Below are positions 11,482 through 18,864 of a DNA stretch of 18,864 nt, piece by piece (the stretch's first letter is position 1; each line of letters starts with the position of its first letter). The position numbers were made by a program, and so were the translations under genes. Source of the DNA: Paraphysomonas bandaiensis (lineage: Eukaryota > Protista > Chrysophyceae); the NCBI GenBank assembly GCA_965644295.1, contig CBFFRP010000486.1, positions 1 through 18,864 on the forward strand. Direction: 5' to 3'. Under the pieces are notes generated by a model that saw only the letters and a program-made list of their open reading frames with translations, was not told the origin of the DNA and ran no database searches.

Positions 11482-11643
11482 AAAAAAAGAGAGAGGAGAG
11501 GGGGATTTCACCCCCTGTACAGTGTTAACCGTGACCATGAAAACTATTAATATACACCAACCCTTGCCCCTATGGTATTACTCTTTATCACGTACAAGTG
11601 CTTCCAATATTGTACATTACATTTTTTTATACACTTTTTTACA

Positions 11644-11732
11644 TAAAAAATGTAGTGTCACCTTTCACAATAAAAAATGCAAAAAAAATCTTATTTTCAC
11701 AAATTCTGTAACAGTATACACTACATTTTTTA
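11644..11732. repeat. Perfect 15-bp inverted repeat (TAAAAAATGTAGTGT / ACACTACATTTTTTA) near the left end of the viral segment
   Basis: Arms at 11644-11658 and 11718-11732, with a 59-nt spacer. Confidence 0.8.
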
Positions 11733-12013
11733 CAACATTTTTCTTTAAAAAAAACTTTTTTCTAAAAAAATAAATTCCAAAATAAATATTTTCAACAAAA
11801 ATGTCAAAAAAAATGCAATCAAAATAAAATAATACTATACATATTAACCCCAGCGATCAACCGACCCTATTAACAAACGATAGACCAACCCTGACTTAAA
11901 CACCGAACAACTACAACAGATAGACGGAACAATAGACCTGTTTAACACTATATATAGACATGCCGTATTTTACTCCCTATTATCCTGTAAAAAAATATAT
12001 ACACTTATTATAT

Positions 12014-12187
12014 ATGCCGAAGAATCAAGCCCAAGTAAACAAACTGATTAATAAAGCTTTGAGAGCAACAGTAAACAAAGCTAAACAAGACGTAACCAAA
12101 CACGCAGAGAATAAGCGTAAGGAGGTAGCTAAGAAGATAAACAAAAAGGCTACATCTGTGAAGAAAAGAATTAAGAAAAAGCTTTAA
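12014..12187 (+). CDS. Small Lys-rich basic protein (57 aa), possible DNA-binding/core protein
   Basis: MPKNQAQVNK...KKRIKKKL. The ATG at 12014 sits in the TATATATG context shared with neighbouring genes. Confidence 0.6.
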   Translation: MPKNQAQVNKLINKALRATVNKAKQDVTKHAENKRKEVAKKINKKATSVKKRIKKKL

Positions 12188-12224
12188 TTTATTTTAAATT
12201 ATTATATAACACATATTATATATA

Positions 12225-12800
12225 ATGAATCTATTCCCTAGAAACAAATCTTTTATCTATAATTTTACATCTATGAATTCTGATACAGTCGGCGATACAC
12301 CTGAAGATTGTACAATTATATTACCGCCATTACCTTATAATGGGGAATGTGATTATTATGAAGTTGAATGTATCGGTTTTTATATAAACTATGAAAGCTT
12401 AGATATATCAGCAATTGCTTTTAATGGTTGCAATGATTTAAATTTTATTGCGGAAAACTTTTCAACAGAAAGCAATTGTATTGATATTTGCGAAAATCAA
12501 TTTCTTGTTTGTGGTACGCATTGTGATAGAAATAGATCATATGCAATATGTGATGATAATAAATGTAAAGTAAAAAATACTAAAAATCCAACTACATACA
12601 GCCTCATAACTAATACAGGCATAGTAAGAGATAAACCCTTTTGTGTATATGGTGATGAAGAGCCAAAAAAGATACGATTTCGTTTATATGATGAAAATTT
12701 AAAACCCTTGAAAAAAGAAGTTGTAAATTATAATGGTAAACAAACACACTGGACGGTGTCTTTTTATTTTATACCAATGTACGAAAGCAGTTTTAAATAA
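12225..12800 (+). CDS. Putative minor capsid/penton-like beta-rich protein, paralog 1 (191 aa)
   Basis: SFIYNFTSMN...EDCTIILPPLPY...IRFRLYDENLKPL...HWTVSFYFIP. Aligns by eye with the 14679 and 15224 ORFs, and the C-terminal pattern resembles PLV pentons. Confidence 0.6.
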   Translation: MNLFPRNKSFIYNFTSMNSDTVGDTPEDCTIILPPLPYNGECDYYEVECIGFYINYESLDISAIAFNGCNDLNFIAENFSTESNCIDICENQFLVCGTHCDRNRSYAICDDNKCKVKNTKNPTTYSLITNTGIVRDKPFCVYGDEEPKKIRFRLYDENLKPLKKEVVNYNGKQTHWTVSFYFIPMYESSFK

Positions 12801-12840
12801 GTACGTATATACAAGTACGTATATATAAGTACGTTTATCT
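12799..12840. repeat. Three copies of a 14-bp unit AAGTACGTWTATMY
   Basis: Units at 12799, 12813 and 12827. Confidence 0.8.
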
Positions 12841-12890
12841 GTATCAAAGGCCATCAAATGGCTAAAAAAACAAAAAAAAATTGTGCAAAA

Positions 12891-12915
12891 TGGCCCTACT
12901 GGGGTTCGAACTGAG
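12891..12915 (-). other. tRNA 3'-end-like fragment (T-loop/box B plus acceptor 3' strand, resembling tRNA-Ile) followed by oligo-T
   Basis: The minus strand reads CTCAGTTCGAACCCCAGTAGGGCCA-TTTT, with spacing that fits tRNA positions 53-73. No 5' half is present and the T-stem is degenerate. Confidence 0.4.
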
Positions 12916-13106
12916 TATGACGACCTCAGTACAGTGCACGCGGCTTTTTTTTTCTTGGAAATGTCCGCGAACGACTTGAGAATATTATTATAATATAAAC
13001 CTATTTTTTTATTTATACAGTGTCTACATCACACTGTATAACTTATCTGCAATGCAGTACAATGTACTTATTTTATCAAGCAAAAAAATATGTACCATAA
13101 TATATA

Positions 13107-14693
13107 ATGAACCAAATAAATACCGTACAGTATTCCACTATAAACGGACTGAAGAGCCTAGATTTAGACGAGCTGTATACAGGTGAGCTATCAGCAGACA
13201 ACCTGAACGCGAATAACATATACTTACAGAACATAGAGACCAACAACATAACCATAGACACAGACATAATTATGAACTCAGGGGCCTATATATATACTGA
13301 TGGCGTGCAGATATCGGACATAGAATTAAGCTATTTGAATAATGTAAGTGATAATATTCAAACACAGATAACGAATAATGATAATGACATAGCAGACATA
13401 GAGAGCGACATACTGGCGATTGAAAGCGATATATTAGCCATATATACTGATGTAAGTAACAACACGGCTGATATATTGATTAATGCGGATGATATCGCGA
13501 CCTTGCAAACTGATATATCTGATATACAAACTGATATTATAGCCATGCAATCAGATATAAGTGTAAATGCCAATGCTATATATAACAATGATATTGACAT
13601 TATGAATATACAGAATGATATTACAGATATACAAACTGATATTACAGATATACAAACTGATATTACAGATATACAAACTGATATTACAACTATACAAACT
13701 GATATATTGATTAATACCAATGATATTACTGATATGCAGACTGATATATATAATAATACTGTTGATATATCCAACATACAACACACATTAACACCCTTAT
13801 CATATCTTGGTGGTGGTTATGATGATTTAACTATTACAAGTGACTTTTTAATGAATAAAAATTATGGCTTATATAATATAACAGGTACAGGCGCAGAGTT
13901 AAGATTATTAGGTACCAATTGTAGATTAGATATTAGAGGTACGAATGGAGTTATAGAATTCCCAGATAATACAGAACAAGCCACAGCGTTTAGCACTGAT
14001 TATAGTACATTGTTAGACGATATAAGCCGCAATGCTAATGAGTGGGCATATCCTACCAACACGATTTTAAAAGCTGTATCAGGTGGTGCAATAGATGAAA
14101 TACGTTGTGATCACTTTAATTGTTATCAAAAAATAGAATTCCCAGACACCAGTATACAAACCACAGCTTTTACATCATCAGATAGAACAAACTTAGACAC
14201 ACTGACCAGTAAAAAGCAATGTTACTGGGAAGAAATAGACGGCCCAGTTACTTTTTTTTCATCCATGTCATATAATACCACCTATCAAACATCTAGCGGA
14301 GGGCACTATATGACATCATCAGAGCTAAGTACAACACCTACAGGTGGTGATTCAAATATGATTGATGTAAACGGTTATATTCAGTATACAGGGCGTTATA
14401 TGCTGCAGGTTTCATTTGAAATTATGGGTATTAAATCATGGACAGATATAAGAGCACGTGTATTAGTAAAGCAAAATGGTACACTGGATAGAGCAACCCT
14501 TTATGGTCCTGGTGTATGGGATGCAAATCGTGGTAGTGTTTCCACTGTAGGATGTACTTTAGCACCATTAATATTTACTATAAATGATGTTGCTGATAAT
14601 TGGACTTTTGAAATTCATACATATAACGATTTCCAAACTGTGGGATCAGGTTCTATATTTTGGAAAACCCATATAGATTTAGTTCAACTCTAA
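13107..14693 (+). CDS. Putative virion fiber/spike protein (528 aa)
   Basis: ELSYLNNVSDNIQTQI fiber-type motif, a long Ile-heptad coiled coil (DIQTDIT)n, two IEFPDxxxQxTAF repeats, and a beta-rich C-terminal head. Confidence 0.78.
   Translation: MNQINTVQYSTINGLKSLDLDELYTGELSADNLNANNIYLQNIETNNITIDTDIIMNSGAYIYTDGVQISDIELSYLNNVSDNIQTQITNNDNDIADIESDILAIESDILAIYTDVSNNTADILINADDIATLQTDISDIQTDIIAMQSDISVNANAIYNNDIDIMNIQNDITDIQTDITDIQTDITDIQTDITTIQTDILINTNDITDMQTDIYNNTVDISNIQHTLTPLSYLGGGYDDLTITSDFLMNKNYGLYNITGTGAELRLLGTNCRLDIRGTNGVIEFPDNTEQATAFSTDYSTLLDDISRNANEWAYPTNTILKAVSGGAIDEIRCDHFNCYQKIEFPDTSIQTTAFTSSDRTNLDTLTSKKQCYWEEIDGPVTFFSSMSYNTTYQTSSGGHYMTSSELSTTPTGGDSNMIDVNGYIQYTGRYMLQVSFEIMGIKSWTDIRARVLVKQNGTLDRATLYGPGVWDANRGSVSTVGCTLAPLIFTINDVADNWTFEIHTYNDFQTVGSGSIFWKTHIDLVQL
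13617..13705 (+). repeat. 21-bp coding tandem repeat (GATATTACAGATATACAAACT), ~4 copies
   Basis: Units at 13617, 13638 and 13659 are identical, and 13680 is a variant. It encodes the fiber heptads. Confidence 0.92.
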
Positions 14694-15155
14694 TGTTGCC
14701 GGTTCAGTAATAACCGGACTAAACAACAGTGATATACACCAATATGTAGTATCAGAATCATCCACAACGCCACTTAATGGTGTTAAATCAGGCGCATATA
14801 ACCTAAATCTTATCCTTCTTTGTTGTCGCATATTTTTAACCCTAAATATGCTACCTTCGCCGCTAGTCATTTGTGATACAGTCTGATGTGTTAATAAATA
14901 AGATATTATACACTGATTAGAATCAAGACCTTGATAATAACCATTTTCTGCTAATTCATCAGCAACTAACAGTGTATATTTTGGCATTGTTACTTGGTCC
15001 ATGCTTTGACAATTCATAATAAAGCCTGTGCATTGTACATTATAATACTCATAATTATATGGTAAAGGTCGTAAATCTATATAACAATCTTCGGCATCTC
15101 CTAAAGCTGCATTAGCAGAAGAGATAGTATAAGTAAAACTATGCATATTTTCCAT
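14679..15155 (-). CDS. Putative minor capsid/penton-like protein, paralog 2 (158 aa)
   Basis: SFTYTISSAN...EDCYIDLRPLPY...IRFRLYAPDLTPL...YWCISLLFSP. Its 3' end overlaps the fiber gene by 15 nt. Confidence 0.62.
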   Translation of the reverse strand: MENMHSFTYTISSANAALGDAEDCYIDLRPLPYNYEYYNVQCTGFIMNCQSMDQVTMPKYTLLVADELAENGYYQGLDSNQCIISYLLTHQTVSQMTSGEGSIFRVKNMRQQRRIRFRLYAPDLTPLSGVVDDSDTTYWCISLLFSPVITEPATLELN

Positions 15156-15184
15156 TATATATATAATTATTATAGAAAATAAAA

Positions 15185-16132
15185 TTAATTTATTGCCCTA
15201 ATAATGCACGTTATATAATAATATTATGTTGTTTCACCATTATCAATATCTGCATTAGGTACTTCTTCACCTATAAAAGGATAATACATTTTAAACCGTA
15301 TATATCTCTGTTGTTTCATATTGGATATTTTAAATACTGATCCATTACCAGCAAAATAATTAGGATTATCTGCAGATTTTATATAAGGTGCAGCGATTAA
15401 CATCCTGTCAGTATATTTATAATAACCACTGTACCCATTTTCAGCCCAACCAAAAGCATATAAATTAATATACCTATACTGACCAGTATTTAAGGAGTCA
15501 GCATTTATTTTAAAGTTGATGACATCCACAAAATAGCTATTGTAATTATCATTAATCGTTGGTAAAGTAATATAACAATCATTAGCACTACCCACAGCAT
15601 TTACACTTGTAATTGTGTATGTGAATGAATAATTATTTTTTATATATCTTGGAACCTTATCCCTAATAGGTGTTAAACTTAATATTAATAGCCAGTGCTT
15701 TAAATATCCGCCATTGGCTATTACATCCTGTTCAAATCCTTCAACATTACGCATAGTAAAACGTATAGTTTTATTATTGAAGTTTTTAACGACATAATGC
15801 ATATTACTTATATTATTAAGTAATCCTGTCCTATGGTCTGATAATTCGGACGCAATTATAGGAGGTATGATAGCTTTATATGAGCTGTTATTATGTGTAC
15901 TAAATCCCGATTCAATAAAATCTTTAGCCTCTAAAACGATAGCCGATGATGGAGGATGTGATAACACAAGACTGGACGAATTAAAGAATATAGGACAGCA
16001 TATAAAATATTCAACGTCTGACGGTAATAACCCTAACATTGGTATTTCACAGTCAGCATTATCACCGCCCCATATCATATTATTTGTATCAATCACATAT
16101 GTAAAAGTTTCATTTGTATAAAAGTCTTTCAT
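15185..16132 (-). CDS. Two-domain penton-like protein (paralog domains 3 and 4) with an apparent premature TAA at 15224-15226
   Basis: Domain 1 is TFTYVIDTNN...ADCEI...IRFTMRN...HWLLILSLTP. Domain 2 is SFTYTITSVN...NDCYI...AENGY...IRFKMYYP. The frame continues YYYITCIIRAIN* after the TAA. Confidence 0.62.
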
Positions 16133-16150
16133 TAATATAAGAATAGATAA

Positions 16151-16903
16151 TTATATACTATCAATTTGTAATAATTTAAAATTTTTTCGTATCTCATTTT
16201 CCTTTAAATATAAGTCTAGATGATTATAAGGCTGACTAAAAACATATTTATATATAGCTTCCAACTTATCGGGTTCATCTATTAACATTTCTTGTTTTAT
16301 TATACTCCACTCCTCGGGATTTGGTTTAAAAAGTGATACATGTGTTAAAATACGTCTTAATTCCATTGGTAACATTCTAAAGGTTTGAACCAAAAACACT
16401 ATATATAAATTTGCATGTCTGGCAACATTCATAATTTTCTTTAATGCGTGTTCTATTTCATAATCTTTTAACATGGCTCCGAAATCATCAATTACAATAC
16501 AAGTGTGTTCACATTCTACATCCATTTCTATACATTCTTCACGTCGTTGTAAGGCATCCTCATGAATATCGTGTAATAGGTCAGGTGTTAATTCATGGTG
16601 TATATTTTCATGGTCTTTAAATGGATTGCTTTTAGCCGAATTAAATGAAGTAGAATTTACTATATAATGTACTTCGTCAAATTTTGCCCTTAATAACTTC
16701 TTGGATTTAAACAGACTTAAAAATAATGATGTCTTCCCGCATCCACCTTTACCACATATAGCCCATATAGTCCCATTCCTCCGTGGCAAATTTGGGTTTA
16801 TATCATCTATATATACTCCGAAATGTTCTTTAATCGGCTCTGTCTCTGGTAAATCATTATTAATTTCAACTATATTATATTTATTTTTCTTTTTGCTTGG
16901 CAT
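16151..16903 (-). CDS. A32-like (FtsK/HerA superfamily) viral DNA-packaging ATPase (250 aa)
   Basis: Walker A GKGGCGKT, Walker B CIVIDD, arginine finger ARH, then the IVFLVQ motif. Size is typical of Polinton/PLV/virophage ATPases. Confidence 0.9.
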   Translation of the reverse strand: MPSKKKNKYNIVEINNDLPETEPIKEHFGVYIDDINPNLPRRNGTIWAICGKGGCGKTSLFLSLFKSKKLLRAKFDEVHYIVNSTSFNSAKSNPFKDHENIHHELTPDLLHDIHEDALQRREECIEMDVECEHTCIVIDDFGAMLKDYEIEHALKKIMNVARHANLYIVFLVQTFRMLPMELRRILTHVSLFKPNPEEWSIIKQEMLIDEPDKLEAIYKYVFSQPYNHLDLYLKENEIRKNFKLLQIDSI

Positions 16904-16918
16904 ATAATAATATACTAT

Positions 16919-16934
16919 AAAAAAATATTTTTTT
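16919..16934. promoter_or_regulatory. Palindromic A7-TA-T7 element, candidate bidirectional promoter
   Basis: 16-bp perfect palindrome within the 51-nt gap between divergent ATGs. The AAAAAAATAT half-site also precedes the 12014 and 13107 ORFs. Confidence 0.5.
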
Positions 16935-16954
16935 CTATATTTATATATATAAGC

Positions 16955-17500
16955 ATGGAAGAAAAAGACGTTTATGAATCCGATATAGATAATATTAAGA
17001 CTAGTGAGGACGAAGCACCATTAACAAAAAAGAAGGTAGGACGTCCCAAAAAAGAACCAGTTGAAAAACCAAATAGGCGTAAAGTGCGATCAGAAGCACA
17101 AAAGAAGGCATTTGAGAAGGCACAATTAAAGAGAAAGGAGAAATTGGAAGAGAAAAAGAGAGAGAAGGAGGAAAGATTAGCGGAGATATGGGCAAAAAAA
17201 CAAGAAGAGAAGAAGAACAAAAAGCCTGTAGTAGAAGAAAGTGAGAGTGAGTATGAGGAGGAGGATGAATATGAGAGTGAGACAGAGAGCGAAGAAGAGG
17301 AAGTTATTTATAAAAAGAAGAAAAAGAAAGCAAAGAAGCCCGTTAAAAAAGTTGTATATGTGTCAGAAAGTGAGACAGAGAGCGATACAGAAAGCGATGA
17401 GTCAGAGGATGAAATTCAATATATTCATATGCGTAAACAAAAGCAAAAGCAACAAGTGAGACAACAACCCGCATTTAATCCACATGACTATTTTTATTAA
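16955..17500 (+). CDS. Highly charged Lys/Glu-rich protein with AT-hook-like motif (181 aa)
   Basis: KKKVGRPKK, a helical RSEAQKKAFEKAQLKRKE stretch, and alternating acidic (ESESE) and basic blocks. Confidence 0.75.
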   Translation: MEEKDVYESDIDNIKTSEDEAPLTKKKVGRPKKEPVEKPNRRKVRSEAQKKAFEKAQLKRKEKLEEKKREKEERLAEIWAKKQEEKKNKKPVVEESESEYEEEDEYESETESEEEEVIYKKKKKKAKKPVKKVVYVSESETESDTESDESEDEIQYIHMRKQKQKQQVRQQPAFNPHDYFY

Positions 17501-17533
17501 TTATTATTATTATTATTTTGTTATATTATAATA

Positions 17534-17565
17534 ATGGTGAAAGAATTCATATTAACATTAGATGT
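17534..17565 (+). pseudogene. 5' stub of a viral ORF (MVKEFILTLDV) cut by an LTR insertion
   Basis: ATG in a TATAATAATG context like the other viral genes. Sequence character changes at TGTAAG (17566). Confidence 0.5.
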
Positions 17566-18864
17566 TGTAAGGCAATAACAAGCCACAAGTTGATAGTAAT
17601 GATAGTGTTATTAACTTGTTTTATCAGAGGTTATCTGTGATAATAATGACTAGCATTCTAATCTATCTTCTATCACAGACTACACCTACAGCTCACTGCT
17701 TGGGCACATATATATGCCCTTACTCTATACCAATCCACTGTACATATTGGACTGTACATATCCTACACCGTATTGTCATCATACACCGTATAATGGTATA
17801 CCGTTACCCTACTGTAGCTGGCTGTCTACACTGTATATATCCTGTATACTATACATCCACAGTATAGTGCAATTAACAGCAGTATACTATCAAACCAAGC
17901 TTTCACTCCAATGACAGCCAACCTCCTATACGGGGATGACAACACACTCTCCTATGTTCAGTCCAACGCCTGATCTCCTTATCGTCCATAAAATATGAAC
18001 CTATAAATAAATATTAAATACCGTGACCTCAATCGGCTATTGCTCGACTAAGTCACAACCGCCCCCCCATAATGCTCTGTGTCATAGGCTTAAACCCAAA
18101 TGATACGCAGGCCTTTGCCTATAGACAACAAAAAGTGCTCTGTGTCATAGGCTTAAACCCAAATGATACGCAGGCAATTGTCTATAGACAGAATAAAAGA
18201 ATGCTCTGTGTCATAGGCTTAAACCCAAATGATACGCAGGCCTTTGCCTATAGACAACAAAAAGTGCTCTGTGTCATAGGCTAAAACCCAAATGATACGC
18301 AGGCAATTGTCTATAGACAGAATAAAAGAATGCTCTGTGTCATAGGCTTAAACCCAAATGATACGCAGGCCTTTGCCTATAGACAACAAAAAGTGCTCTG
18401 TGTCATAGGCTAAAACCCAAATGATACGCAGGCAATTGTCTATAGACAGAATAAAAGAATGCTCTGTGTCATAGGCTTAAACCCAAATGATACGCAGGCC
18501 TTTGCCTATAGACAACAAAAAGTGCTCTGTGTCATAGGCTAAAACCCAAATGATACGCAGGCAATTGTCTATAGACAGAATAAAAGAATGCTCTGTGTCA
18601 TAGGCTTAAACCCAAATGATACGCAGGCCTTTGCCTATAGACAACAAAAAGTGCTCTGTGTCATAGGCTAAAACCCAAATGATACGCAGGCAATTGTCTA
18701 TAGACAGAATAAAAGAATGCTCTGTGTCATAGGCTTAAACCCAAATGATACGCAGGCCTTTGCCTATAGACAACAAAAAGTGCTCTGTGTCATAGGCTAA
18801 AACCCAAATGATACGCAGGCAATTGTCTATAGACAGAATAAAAGAATGCTCTGTGTCATAGGCT
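17566..18864 (-). mobile_element. 3' end of a second LTR retroelement: candidate 3' LTR 18057-17566 (~492 bp), PPT ~18058-18068, internal tandem array
   Basis: The minus strand reads GGGGGGGCGGT then TGTGA...TTACA, the PPT-TG...CA arrangement. No coding domains are in the window. Confidence 0.6.
18072..18864. repeat. Tandem array of a 129-bp dimer (63-bp + 66-bp related subunits), 6 full copies plus a partial copy, continuing past the window
   Basis: Dimers start at 18072, 18201, 18330, 18459, 18588, 18717 and 18846 and are nearly identical. Confidence 0.98.

Larger units (their letters stand above)
11482..17565. mobile_element. Endogenous Polinton-like/virophage-like dsDNA virus segment (morphogenesis genes), incomplete in window
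   Basis: Abrupt shift to AT-rich, intron-less, tightly packed ORFs, including an A32-like packaging ATPase, a fiber and penton-like paralogs, with a shared TATATA(A)TG start context. Boundaries are approximate. Confidence 0.82.

Noticed and set aside
11480-12911. PPT-LTR-PBS arrangement (purine tract at 11480, TGGCCCTACTGGGG at 12891 as PBS)
   Set aside because: The intervening DNA does not match the 6661-7488 LTR and contains viral ORFs. By tRNA numbering the TGG matches positions 71-73 rather than the CCA tail, so it is not a canonical PBS.
12891-12960. Complete tRNA gene
   Set aside because: There is no 5' acceptor strand (GGCCCTA), D-arm or anticodon arm, and the T-stem pairs poorly.
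13358-13786. Antisense ORFs with ISVCISV repeats, and similar shadow ORFs opposite the GBP, gag and pol genes
   Set aside because: They are reverse-frame shadows of real coding sequences.
15224-15226. Alternative genetic code (TAA=Gln) in the virus
   Set aside because: The other viral ORFs end at TAA at sensible positions and have no internal TAA codons.
18072-18864. CRISPR array, ribozyme array or repeat-encoded protein
   Set aside because: There are no unique spacers, no cas genes and no hammerhead core (CUGAnGA...GAAA). Stops recur in all six frames, so the 70-aa ORF is incidental.

Overview
Eukaryotic (probably protist) genomic DNA with short GT-AG introns. The left 6.6 kb holds host genes: a minus-strand HSL-family alpha/beta hydrolase and a plus-strand GBP/atlastin-like GTPase that looks internally damaged. 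The rest is a three-layer nest of mobile elements. (1) A Ty3/Gypsy-like LTR retrotransposon (candidate 5' LTR 6661-7488, gag, PR-RT-RNaseH) with unusual traits: an in-frame UGA-CUA gag/pol junction followed by a long hairpin, IFDN in place of YxDD, and a CCCH finger in Gag. It stops before any integrase. (2) An abrupt switch at ~11480 to an AT-rich, intron-less, gene-dense endogenous Polinton-like DNA virus segment. It encodes an A32-type packaging ATPase, a fiber protein, four paralogous minor-capsid/penton-like domains and basic proteins, and it has a shared upstream motif and a tRNA-like intergenic element. (3) A second, minus-strand LTR element inserted into a viral ORF at 17566, with LTR, PPT and a 129-bp dimeric tandem array running off the window. 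No major capsid, DNA polymerase or integrase is visible. All protein calls rest on motif recognition, not database searches.
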